Source of the DNA: Eledone cirrhosa | Lineage: Eukaryota | NCBI GenBank assembly: GCA_964016885.1 | Contig: OZ024744.1 | Coordinates: forward strand, 109,926,001 to 109,990,000 | DNA length: 64,000 nt | Direction: 5' to 3' | Shown here: positions 48,269 to 62,500 of the stretch, in pieces | Position numbering within the stretch: the stretch's first letter is position 1 | How the letters are laid out: every line of letters begins with the position of its first letter | Program-made: the position numbers and the translations under genes | The notes under the pieces: generated by a model | Seen by the model: only the letters and a program-made list of their open reading frames with translations | Told to the model about the DNA's origin: nothing | Database searches by the model: none

Positions 48269-50629
48269 TGTATGTATATATATATGTGTGCATATGTGTA
48301 TATATATATACATACTACTGTGCGTTTGTATACATATATGTATGTACGTGTACATACGAATATTTAAGTAACAGCCGTACTGAGAGTGTGAAATGAAATT
48401 TCGTTTCATTTTTTCCGTCTATCGTTTTCGGTGCACCCGGCCGATTAACACACTCGATATGCAAATTGAGCTACTCAGCCGTTAATATGCATAAGGTAAG
48501 TATATACGTTCAACAATCTGGCAGGAAGGTATACGTTGCTGACGACAGCTAATAAGCTTGAAACTAGTACAGCGTTCCTTTGTCAGCGTTGAACAAACGA
48601 ACAACGATGGTTGCTAGACACTACGGCTTAATACGGGATGTTTGTTTACAAACACACCGATCATTATAATAAATGTTCGGTGAATCCATACGTACATATA
48701 TATATGTGTGAATGTATGTATATATATATACATACTACTGTACGTCTGTATACATATATGTATGTACGTGTACGTACTTATATTTAAGTAACAGCCGTAC
48801 TAAGAGTGGGAAATGAAATTTCGTTTCATTTTTTCCGTTTATCGTTTTCGGTGCACCCGGGCAATTAACCGACTCTATATGCAAATTGAGCTACTCTGCC
48901 GTTAATATGCCTAAGTTAAGTATATACGTTCAACAATCTGGCAGGAAGGTATACGTTGCTGACGATAGCTAATAAGCTTGAAACTAGTACAGCGTTCCTT
49001 TGTCAGCGTTGAACAAACGAGCAACGATGTTTGGTAGACACTACGGCTTAATACGGGATGTTTGTTTACAAACACACCGATCATTATAATAAATGTTCGG
49101 TGAATCCATACGTACATATATATATATGTGTGCATGTATGTATATATATATACATACTACTGTACGTCTGTATACATATATGTATGTACGTGTACATACT
49201 TATATTTAAGTAACAGCCGTACTAAGAGTGGGAATGAAATTTCGTTTTTTTTTTTTCGTTTATCCTTATCGGTGCACCCGGCCGATTAACCCACTCGATA
49301 TGCAGATTGAGCTACTCAGCCATTAATATGCATAAGGTAAGTATATACGTTCAACAATCTAGCAGGAAGGTATACGTTGCTGACGATAGCTAATAAGCTT
49401 GAAACTAGTACAGCGTTCCTTTGTCAGTGTTGAACAAACGAGCAACGATGGTTGGTAGACACTACGGCTTAATACGGGATGTTTGTTTACAAACACACCG
49501 AGCATTATAATAAATTTTTGCTGAATACATACGTACATATATATATGTGTGCATGTATGTATAAATATATACATACTACTGTACGACTGTATACATATAT
49601 GTATGTACGTGTACATACTTATATTTAAGTAACAGCCATACTAAGAGTGTGAAATTAAATTTTGATTCATTTTTTCCGTTTATCGTTTACGGTGCACCCG
49701 GCCGATTAACCCACTCGATGTCCAAATTACGCTGCTCAGCCGTTAATATGCATAAGGTAAGTATATACGTTCAACAATCTGCAGGAAGGTATACGTTGCT
49801 GACGACAGCTAATAAGCTTGAAACTAGTACAGCGTTCCTTTGTCAGCGTTGAACAAATGAGCAGCGATGGTTGCTAGACACTACGGCTTAATACGGGATG
49901 TTTGTTTACAAACACACCGATCATTATAATAAATGTTCGGTGAATCCATACGTACATATATATATGTGTGCATGTATGTATATATATATATACATACTAC
50001 TGTACGTCTGTATACATATATGTATGTACGTGTACATACTTATATTTAAGTAACAGCCTTACTAAAAGTGTGATATGAAATTTCGTTTCATTTTTCCGTT
50101 TATCGTTTTCGGTGCACCCGGCCGATTAACCCACTCGATATCCAAATTACGCTACTCAGCCGTTAATATGCATAAGGTAAGTATATACGACGTTCAACAA
50201 TCTGGCAGGAAGGTATACGTTGCTGACGATAGCTAATAAGCTTGAAACTAGTACAGCGTTCTTTTGTCAGTGTTGAACAAACGAGCAACGATGGTTGGTA
50301 GACACTACGGCTTAATACGGGATGTTTGTTTACAAACACACCGATCATTATAATAAATTTTCGGTGAATCAGTACGTACATATATATATGTGTGCATGTA
50401 TGTATATATATATACATACTACTGTACGTCTGTATACATATATTTATGTACGTGTACATACTTAAATTTAAATAACAGCCGTACTAAGAGTGTGAAATGA
50501 AATTTCGTTTCATTTTTTCCGTTTACCATTTGCGGTGCAGCCGGGCGAGTAACCCACTCGATATGCAAATTGGGCTACTCAGCCGTTAATATGCATAAGG
50601 TAAGTATATACGTTCAACAATCTGGCAGG

Positions 50630-50685
<56 letters not shown>

Positions 50686-51370
50686 TGTATGTATATATAT
50701 ATGTGTGCATATATGTATATATATATACATACTACTGTGCGTTTGTATACATATATGTATGTACGTGTACATACGAATATTTAAGTAACAGCCGCACTGA
50801 GAGTGTGAAATGAAATTTCGTTTCATTTTTTCCGTCTATCGTTTTCGGTGCACCCGGCCGATTAACACACTCGATATGCAAATTGAGCTACTCAGCCGTT
50901 AATATGCATAAGGTAAGTATATACGTTCAACAATCTGGCAGGAAGGTATACGTTGCTGACGACAGCTAATAAGCTTGAAACTAGTACAGCGTTCCTTTGT
51001 CAGTGTTGAACAAACGAGATACGATGGTTGGTAGACACTACGGCTTAATACGGGATGTTTGTTTACAAACACACCGATCATGATAATAAATGTACCGTGA
51101 ATACATACGTACATATATATGTGTGCATGTATGTATATATATATATACATACTACTGTACGTCTATATACATATATGTATGTACGTGTACATACTTAAAT
51201 TTAAGTAACAGCCGTACTAAGAGTGTGAAATGAAATTTCGTTTCATTTTTTCCGTTTACCATTTGCGGTGCAGCCGGGCGAGTAACCCACTCGATATGCA
51301 AATTGGGCTACTCAGCCGTTAATATGCATAAGGTAAGTATATACGTTCAACAATCTGGCAGGAAGGTATA

Positions 51371-51448
<78 letters not shown>

Positions 51449-53004
51449 TGTATGTATATATATATGTGTTCATATGTGTATATATATATACATACTACTG
51501 TGCGTTTGTATACATATATGTATGTACGTGTACATACGAATATTTAAGTAACAGCCGTACTGAGAGTGTGAAATGAAATTTCGTTTCATTTTTTCCGTCT
51601 ATCGTTTTCGGTGCACCCGGCCGATTAACACACTCGATATGCAAATTGAGCTACTCAGCCGTTAATATGCATAAGGTAAGTATATACGTTCAACAATCTG
51701 GCAGGAAGGTATACGTTGCTGACGACAGCTAATAAGCTTGAAACTAGTACAGCGTTCCTTTGTCAGCGTTGAACAAACGAACAACGATGGTTGCTAGACA
51801 CTACGGCTTAATACGGGATGTTTGTTTACAAACACACCGATCATTATAATAAATGTTCGGTGAATCCATACGTACATATATATATGTGTGAATATAGGTA
51901 TATATATATACATACTACTGTACGTCTGTATACATATATGTATGTACGTGTACGTACTTATATTTAAGTAACAGCCGTACTAAGAGTGGGAAATGAAATT
52001 TCGTTTCATTTTTTCCGTTTATCGTTTTCGGTGCACACGGGCAATTAACCGACTCTATATGCAAATTGAGCTACTCTGCCGTTAATATGCCTAAGTTAAG
52101 TATATACGTTCAACAATCTGGCAGGAAGGTATACGTTGCTGACGATAGCTAATAAGCTTGAAACTAGTACAGCGTTCCTTTGTCAGCGTTGAACAAACGA
52201 GCAACGATGTTTGGTAGACACTACGGCTTAATACGGGATGTTTGTTTACAAACACGCCGATCATTATAATAAATGTTCGGTGAATCCATACGTACATATA
52301 TATATGTCTGCATGAATGTATATATATATACACATACTACTGTACGTATGTATACATATGTGTATGTACGTGTACATACTTATATATAAGTAACAGCCGT
52401 ACTAAGAGTGGCAAATGAAATTTCGTTGCATTTTTTCCGTTTATCGTTTTCGGTGCACCCGGCCGATTAACCCACTCGATGTCCAAATTACGCTACTCAG
52501 CCGTTAATATGCATAAGATAAGTATATACGTTCAACAATCTGGCAGGAAGGTATACGTTGCTGACGATAGCTAATAAGCTTGAAACTAGTACAGCGTTCC
52601 TTTGTCAGTGTTGAACAAACGAGCAACGATGGTTGCGAGACACTACGGCTTAATACGGGATGTTTGTTTACAAACACACCGATCATTATAATAACTCTAC
52701 CGTGAATACATACGTACATATATATATGTGTGCATGTATATATATATATACATACTACTGTACGTCTATATACATATATGTATGTACGTGTACATAATTA
52801 TATTTAAGTAACAGCCGTACTAAGAGCGTGAAATGAAATTTCGTTTCATTTTTTCCGTTTACCATTTGCGGTGCAGCCTGGCGAGTAACCCACTCGATAT
52901 GCAAATTGGGCTACTCAGCCGTTAATATGCATAAGGTAAGTATATACGTTCAACAATCTGGCAGAAAGGTATATATATATATATATATAGTTTTAATATA
53001 GATG

Positions 53005-53055
53005 AGATTCTACAGGACTAGAACTGTTTCATTCATTAGAAATCATCAGGAATCT
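53005..53055 (-). ncRNA. Type I hammerhead ribozyme
   Basis: agauuc-CUGAUGA-u uuc uaau gaa u-GAAA-cag uucuaguc cug-UA-gaaucu. Confidence 0.8.
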
Positions 53056-53629
53056 GGGTATCAAAAAATAAATATGGTATTTATAGGTCTCTACAAGTGG
53101 TAGGAGAGGGTGGGGAGTGGGATGGGTGCAGGTCATTGGTTGATAGAGAAGGGAATTCATTAAAGGCTAATTCTACATAGCTATAGTTAATTTATATTTA
53201 TTTATGTTTTTAGAGTAACAAAGGCAGACAGAAATCTATAAACAAGTTCCGGATGGCATACCATTCCTTGTCAATAAGTTTCTCTTAAGCTAGCAGATGT
53301 CTATAAAATCAGTGGGGGGTCATTCATGCTCGATAGAACTAAAGAAAAGGGAGATTCTACTTCAGAGAGTTACGAAATTTTATTCGCCAAGGGCCCGCTA
53401 CTGAACAAACTCTCTGAACACTGCCCGAACTGCATGCACAAGAACTTTGCAACATTCAAACACTTTAAGCCAGTGTTAAAGCCCGATGGCTAAAAACGAC
53501 CTCCCCCTATTGGCCCCTATACCTCCTCCCCACCCTACCCCCACCCCTCCTCAACCTGAAATACGGCCACTATGGTCATGTGAGTACCTCTTTTGTATCT
53601 ACTTTTTCTGCCTGTAGAGGTGTCTTTAT

Positions 53630-53751
53630 GTGCCTGTGTATATGCGTATATTTATTGAGTACCTATTTACTTGTATGTGTATATATTTGTTTGTATATGT
53701 GTATATGTGTATGTGTTGTGTGTGTATATATATATGTATGTGTATGTGTAT

Positions 53752-53783
<32 letters not shown>

Positions 53784-53794
53784 GTATATATATT

Positions 53795-53833
<39 letters not shown>

Positions 53834-53974
53834 ATGTATATATGTGTATATATATATATGTTTGTGTGAATACGTGTTTTATGTGTGTATATTTATGCAG
53901 GTTGTTTGTATGTGTCTGTATTTATGTATGTATGTATGTATGTATGTGTGTGTATGTATGTATATATATATGTG

Positions 53975-54007
<33 letters not shown>

Positions 54008-54204
54008 GTATATATATATATATATATGTATGTGTATGTATATGTATGTGTATGTATATGTGTGTGTGTATGTATGTGTATGTATATGTATGTTTGTATA
54101 TGTGTGTGTGTATACATTTGTCTGTATATATGTGTATATGTGTATATGTATGTGTATGTGTGTGTATATATATATATATATGTATGTGTATATATATGTA
54201 TATA

Positions 54205-54244
<40 letters not shown>

Positions 54245-54332
54245 TATGTGTGTATATATATATATATATATGTGTGTATGTATATATATATATATATATA
54301 CGTGTGCGTGTGCGTATGTGTGTATATGTGTG

Positions 54333-54371
<39 letters not shown>

Positions 54372-54617
54372 ATTTGTATGTGTTTGTGTGTATGTATATG
54401 TATATATATGTGTGTATGTGTGTGTATTTGTGAGTGTATATGTACATATATGTGTGTGTGTGTATGTACGTATGTGTATGTATATGTATGTGCATGTGTA
54501 TCTGCATGCGTGTGTATATATATATATATATGTATATATATGTATATATATGTATATGTGTATGTATGTGTATGTGTATCTGCGTGTATGTATGTATTTG
54601 TATGTGTCTGTGTATAT

Positions 54618-54699
<82 letters not shown>

Positions 54700-54776
54700 A
54701 TATATGTGCATGAGAGAGAGAATGTGTGTGTGTATATATATTTTGTGTGTGGGTGTGTGTATGTGTGTATGCACGC

Positions 54777-54828
<52 letters not shown>

Positions 54829-54855
54829 ATGTGTGTGTGTATGCGTGTGTGTGTG

Positions 54856-54888
<33 letters not shown>

Positions 54889-55003
54889 GTATATATATGT
54901 GTGTATGTATATATGTGTGTGTATTTGTGCGTTATATCTCTGTATATATATGTGTATATTTATGTATAGGTCTGTGTATGCATGTGTATGTTTGTGTATG
55001 TAT

Positions 55004-55051
<48 letters not shown>

Positions 55052-55318
55052 ATATATATATATATATGTACATGTGTATATGTATATATATATATATATA
55101 TATATGTATTTGTATGTGTGTGTTTAGAGAGATATATATATATATGTATGTATGTATGTGTGTGTGTATGTATGTATGTGTGTATATATATATATATATA
55201 TGTATATGTATATGTGCATGTATGTATATATGTATGTATGTATATATATGTATATGTATATATATGTATATGTATGTGTATATATGTGTATGTGTGTGTG
55301 TATGTATGTGTGTATATG

Positions 55319-55375
<57 letters not shown>

Positions 55376-55560
55376 GTGTGTGTATGTGTGTGTGTATAGA
55401 TATTTATACATATGTATATTCGTGTTTGTATGTATGCGTGTGAGTGTATTTACTTGTGTATATATATGTGTGTATGTGTGTATGTATGTGTATGTGTCTG
55501 TGTATCCGTGTGTGTGTGTGTATATATATATATATATGTATATATATGTATATATGTATG

Positions 55561-55611
<51 letters not shown>

Positions 55612-55721
55612 GTATATATATGTGTGTGTGTATATATATATATGTATATATATATGTATGTATGTGTGTGTGTGTGTATGTGTGTATATATATATATATG
55701 TGTATATATGTATATGTATGT

Positions 55722-55807
<86 letters not shown>

Positions 55808-55980
55808 GTGTGCGTATGTATATGTGTATATGTATATTTATATATGTATGTATGTATGTATGTGTGTATGTATGTGCGTGTACATGAATATATATTTGTA
55901 TATATTTATATACTTTTTTTATATATGTGTGTGTGTTTTTATGTGTGTATTTGTGTTTATGTGTGTGTTTATGGTTGCGC
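53630..55980. repeat. Degenerate (TA/TG)n low-complexity tract
   Basis: Seen directly. Confidence 0.95.
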
Positions 55981-56535
55981 GTAAGTGTGTGAGTGAGTAT
56001 GTGTGTTTTTTTGGGGTTTTTTTAGGTGTGGTTTTTTTTGTTTTTCTGTTTTTTTGGCTTTATTTGGGTTTTTTTGTTTTTTTGTGAATGTGTCTGTTGA
56101 TTTGGCATATTGTTGATTAGTTTAAGAGAAGTTCGAAGATAATAGTAAGATATGCACTCAGTATTTTGAATCTGTCTGCAGAATTCCCTAGACCTTTGTC
56201 ACTTAGCAGAACTTAATGACTTTAGCTTTTAAAGAATCTCCCTTTTCTTTAATTCTATCGAGCATGAATGACCCCCCACTGATTTTATAGACATCTGCTA
56301 GCTTAAGAGAAACTTATTGACAAGGAATGGTATGCCATCCGGAACTTGTTTATAGATTTCTGTCTGCCTTTGTTACTCTAAAAACATAAATAAATATAAA
56401 TTAACTATAGCTATGTAGAATTAGCCTTTAATGAATTCCCTTCTCTATCAACCAATGACCTGCACCCATCCCACTCCCCACCCTCTCCTACCACTTGTAG
56501 AGACCTATAAATACCATATTTATTTTTTGATACCC

Positions 56536-56586
56536 AGATTCCTGATGATTTCTAATGAATGAAACAGTTCTAGTCCTGCAGAATCT
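56536..56586 (+). ncRNA. Inverted copy of the same hammerhead with GUA changed to GCA at the cleavage triplet (probably inactive)
   Basis: agattc CTGATGA tttctaatgaat GAAA cagttctagtcctg CA gaatct. Confidence 0.65.
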
Positions 56587-59500
56587 CATCTATATTAAAA
56601 CTATTATACTCTGCTATGTATTGAGTACCTTACTTACTGTGGTTACCTCCGATTCAACCCGGAATAACGTATATATATATATATATATATATATGCATGT
56701 ATGTATAGATATATGTGTGCATATATGTATATATATATACATACTACTGTGCGTCTGTATACATATATGTATATACGTGTACATACGAATATTTAAGTTA
56801 CAGCCGTACTAAGAGTGCGAAATGAAATTTCGTTTCATTTTTTCCTTTTATCGTTTTCGGTGCAGCCGGCCGATTAACACACTCGATATGCAAATTGGGC
56901 TACTCAGCCGTTAATATGCATAAGGTAAGTATATACGTTCAACAATCTGGCAGGAAGGCATATGTTGCTGACGACAGCTAATAAGCTTGAAACTAGTACA
57001 GCGTTCCTTTGTCAGCGTTGAACAAACGAACAACGATGGTTGGTAGACACTACGGCTTAATACGGGATGTTTGTTTACAAACACAACGAGCATTATAATA
57101 AATGTTCGGTGAATCCATACGTACATATATATATATATATGTGTGCATGTATGTATATATATATACATACTACTGTACGTCTGTATACATATATGTATGT
57201 ACGTGTACATACTTATATTTAAGTTACAGCCGTACTAAGAGTTGGAAATGAAATTTCGTTTCATTTTTCCGTTTATCGTTTTCGGTGCACCCGGCCGATT
57301 AACCGACTCTGTATGCAAATTGAGCTACTCTGCCGTTAATATGCCTAAGTTAAGTATATACGTTCAACAATCTGCCAGGAAGGTATACGTTGCTGACGAT
57401 AGCTAATAAGCTTGAAACTAGTACAGCGTTCCTTTGTCAGTGTTGAACAAACTAGCAACGATGGTTAGTAGACACTACGGCTTAATACGGGATGTTTGTT
57501 TACAAACACACCGATCATTATAATAAATGTTCGGTGAATCCATACGTACATATATATATATGTGTGCATGTATGTATATATATATACATACTACTGTACG
57601 TATGTATACATATGTGTTTGTACGTGTACATACTTATATTTAAGTAACAGCCGTACTAAGAGTGGGAAATGAAATTTCGTTCCATTTTTTCCGTTTATCG
57701 TTTTCGGTGCACCCGGCCGATTAACCCACTCCATGTCCAAATTACGCTACTCAGCCGTTAATATGCATAAGGTAAGTATATACGTTCAACAATCTGGCAG
57801 GAAGGTATACGTTGCTGACGATAGCTAATAAGCTTGAAACTAGTACAGCGTTCCTTTGTCAGCGTTGAACAAACGAGCAACGATGGTTGCTAGACACTAC
57901 GGCTTAATACGGGATGTTTGTTTACAAACACACCGATCATTATAATAAATGTTCGGTGAATCCATACGTACATATATATATATATGTGTGCATGTATGTA
58001 TATATATATATGTGTGCATGTATGTATATATATATATACATACTACTGTACGTCTGCATACATATATGTATGTACGTGTACATACTTAAATTTCAGTAAC
58101 AGCCGTACTAAGAGTGGGAAATGAAATTTCGTTTCATTTTTACAGTTTATCGTTTTCGGTGCACCCGGCCAATTTACCGAATCTATATGCAAATTGAGCT
58201 ACTCTGCCGTTAATATGCCTAAGTTAAGTATATACGATCAACAATCTGGCAGGAAGGTATACGTTGCTGACGATAGCTAATAAGCTTGAAACTAGTACAG
58301 CGTTTCTTTGTCAGCGTTGAACAAACGAGCAATGATGTTTGGTAGACACTACGGCTTAATACGGGATGTTTGTTTACAAACACACCGAACATTATAATAA
58401 AATGTTCGGTGAATCCATACGTACATATATATATGTGTGCATGTATGTATATATATATACATACTACTGTACGTCTGTATACATATGTGTATGTACGTGT
58501 ACATACTTATATTTAAGTAACAGCCGTACTAAGAGTGGGAAATGAAATTTCGTTTCATTTTTTCCGTTTATCGTTTTCGGTGCACCCGGCCGATTAACCG
58601 ACTCTATATGCAAATTGAACTACTCTGCCGTTAATATGCCTAAGTTAAGTATATACGTTCAACAATCTGGCAGGAAGGTATACGTTGCTGACGATAGCTA
58701 ATAAGCTTGAAACTAGTACAGCGTTCCTTTGTCAGCGTTGAACAAACGAGCAACGATGTTTTGTAGACACTACGGCTTAATACGAGATGTTTGTTTACAA
58801 ACACACCGAGCATTATAATAAATGTTCGGTGAATCCATACGTACATATATATATATGTGTGCATGTATGTATATATATATTTACATACTACTGTACGTCT
58901 GTATACATATGTGTATGTACGTGTACATACTTATATTTAAGTAACAGCCGTACTAAGAGTTGGAAATGAAATTTCGTTTCATTTTTTCCGTTTATCGTTT
59001 TCGGTGCACCCGGCCGATTAACCCACTCGATGTCCAAATTACGCTACTCAGCCGTTAATATGCATAAGGTAAGTATATACGTTCAACAATCTGGCAGGAA
59101 GGTATACGTTGCTGACGACAGCTAATAATCTTGAGACTAGTACAGCGTTCCTTTGTCAACGTTGAACAAACGAGCAATGATGTTCGGTAGACACTACGGC
59201 TTAATACGGGATGTTTGTTTACAAACACACCGAGCATTATAATAAATGTTCGGTGAATCCATACGTACATATATATATATATGTGTGCATGTATGTATAT
59301 ATATATACATACTACTGTACGTCTGTATACATATGTGTATGTACGTGTACATACTTATATTTAAGTAACAGCCGTACTAAGAGTGGGAAATGAAATTTCG
59401 TTTCATTTTTTCCGTTTATCGTTTTCGGTGCACCCGGCCGATTAACCCACTCGATGGCCAAATTACGCTACTCAGCCGTTAATATGCATAAGATAAGTAT

Positions 59501-62500
59501 ATACGTTCAACAATCTGGCAGGAAGGTATACGTTGCTGACGATAGCTAATAAGCTTGAAACTAGTACAGCGTTCCTTTGTTAGTGTTGAACAAACGAGCA
59601 ACGATGGTTGGTAGACACTAGGGCTTAATACGGGATGTTTGTTTACAAACACACCGATCATTATAATTAATGTTCGGTGAATCCATACGTACATATATAT
59701 ATGTTTGCATGTATGTATATATATATATATATACATACTACTGTACGTCTGTATACATATGTGTATGTACGTGTACATACTTATATTTAAGTAACAGCCG
59801 TACTAAGAGTGGGAAATGAAATTTCGTTTCATTTTTTTCCGTTTATCGTTCTCGGTGCACCCGGCCGATTAACCGACTCTATATGCAAATTGAGCTACTC
59901 TGCCGTTAATATGCCTAAGTTAAGTATATACGATCAACAATCTGGCAGGAAGGTATACGTTGCTGACGATAGCTAATAAGCTTGAAACTAGTACAGCGTT
60001 CCTTTGTCAGCGTTGAACAAACGAGCAATGATGTTCGGTAGACACTACGGCTTAATACGGGATGTTTGTTTACAAACACACCGAGTATTATAATAAATGT
60101 TCGCTGAATCCATACGTACATATATATATGTGTGCATGTATGTATATATATATACATACTACTGTACGTCTGTATACATATGTTTATGTACGTGTACATA
60201 CTTATATTTAAGTAACAGCCGTACTAAGAGTGGGAAATGAAATTTCGTTTCATTTTTTCAGTTTATCGTTTTCGGTGCACCCGGCCGATTAACCGACTCT
60301 ATATGCAAATTGAGCTACTCTGCCGGTAATATGCGTTGCTGACGATAGCTAATAAGCTTGAAACTAGTACAGCGTTCCTTTGTCAGCGTTGAACAAACGA
60401 GCAACGATGTTTGGTAGACACTACGGCTTAATACGGGATGTTTGTTTACAAACACACCGATCATTATAATTAATGTTCGGTGAATCCATACGTACATATA
60501 TATATGGGTGCATGTATGTATATATATATATATATACATACTACTGTACGTCTGTATACATATATGTATGTACGTGTACATACGAATATTTAAGTAACAG
60601 CCGTACTAAGAGTGGGAAATGAAATTTCGTTTCATTTTTTTCCGTTTATCGTTCTCGGTGCACCCGGCCGATTAACCGACTCTATATGCAAATTGAGCTA
60701 CTCTGCCGTTAATATGCCTAAGTTAAGTATATACGATCAACAATCTGGCAGGAAGGTATACGTTGCTGACGATAGCTAATAAGCTTGAAACTAGTACAGC
60801 GTTCCTTTGTCAGCGTTGAACAAACGAGCAATGATGTTCGGTAGACACTAGGGCTTAATACGGGATGTTTGTTTACAAACACACCGATCATTATAATTAA
60901 TGTTCGGTGAATCCATACGTACATATATATATGTGTGCATGTATGTATATATATATATACATACTACTGTACGTCTGTATACATATGTGTATATACGCGT
61001 ACATACTTATATTTAAGTAACAGCCGTACTAAGAGTGGGAAATGAAATTTCGTTTCATTTTTTTCCGTTTATCGTTCTCGGTGCACCCGGCCGATTAACC
61101 GACTCTATATGCAAATTGAGCTACTCTGCCGTTAATATGCCTAAGTTAAGTATATACGATCAACAATCTGGCAGGAAGGTATACGTTGCTGACGATAGCT
61201 AATAAGCTTGAAACTAGTACAGCGTTCCTTTGTCAGCGTTGAACAAACGAGCAATGATGTTCGGTAGACACTACGGCTTAATACGGGATGTTTGTTTACA
61301 AACACACCGAGTATTATAATAAATGTTCGGTGAATCCATACGTACATATATATATGTGTGCATGTATGTATATATATATACATACTACTGTACGTCTGTA
61401 TACATATGTTTATGTACGTGTACATACTTATATTTAAGTAACAGCCGTACTAAGAGTGGGAAATGAAATTTCGTTTCATTTTTACAGTTTATCGTTTTCG
61501 GTGCACCCGGCCGATTAACCCACTCGATGTCCAAATTACGCTACTCAGCCGTTAATATGCATAAGATAAGTATATACGTTCAACAATCTGGCAGGAAGGT
61601 ATACGTTGCTGACGATAGCTAATAAGCTTGAAACTAGTACAGCGTTCCTTTGTCAGTGTTGAACAAACGAGCAACGATGGTTGCTAGATACGACGGCTTA
61701 ATACGGGATGTTTGTTTACAAACACACCGATCATTATAATAAATGTTCGGTGAATCCATACGTACGTATATATATGTGTGCATGTATGTATATATATATA
61801 TACATACTACTGTACGTCTGTATACATATATGTATGTACGTGTACATACGAATATTTAAGTAACAGCCGTACTAAGAGTGGGAAATGAAATTTCGTTTCA
61901 TTTTTTTCCGTTTATCGTTTTCGGTGCACCCGGCCGATTAAGCGACTCTATATACAAATTGAGCTACTCTGCCGTTAATATGCCTAAGTTAAGTATATAC
62001 GTTCAACAATCTGGCAGGAAGGTATATGTTGCTGACGATAGCTAATAAGCTTGAAACTAGTACAGCGTTCCTTTGTCTGTGTTGAACAAACGAGCAACGA
62101 TGGTTGGTAGACACTACGGCTTAATACGGGATGTTTGTTTACTAACACACCGATCATTATAATAAATGTTCGGTGAATCCATACGTACATATATATATAT
62201 GTGTGCATGTATGTATATATATATACATACTACTGTACGTATGTAAACATATGTGTATGTACGTGTACATACTTATATTTAAGTAACAGCCGTACTAAGA
62301 GTGGGAAATGTAATTTCGTTTCATTTTTTCCGTTTATCGTTTTCGGTGCACCCGGCCGATTAACCCACTCGATGTCCAAATTACGCTACTCAGCCGTTAA
62401 TATGCATAAGGTAAGTATATACGTTCAACAACCTGGCAGGAAGGTATACGTTGCTGACGACAGCTAATAATCTTGAAACTAGTACACTGTTCCTTTGTCA

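Larger units (their letters stand above)
52988..56669. mobile_element. Fold-back PLE-like insertion in a (TA)n tract of the array: ~370-bp inverted arms (52988-53358, 56233-56604), 65-bp extension, TA/TG low-complexity core
   Basis: Arms nearly identical; the array resumes after (TA)n at 56670 in the register of an HHR-deleted monomer. No ORF recognised. Confidence 0.8.

Noticed and set aside
53580-56087. Long ORFs of 300-430 aa
   Set aside because: Artefacts of stop-free TA/TG low-complexity sequence.
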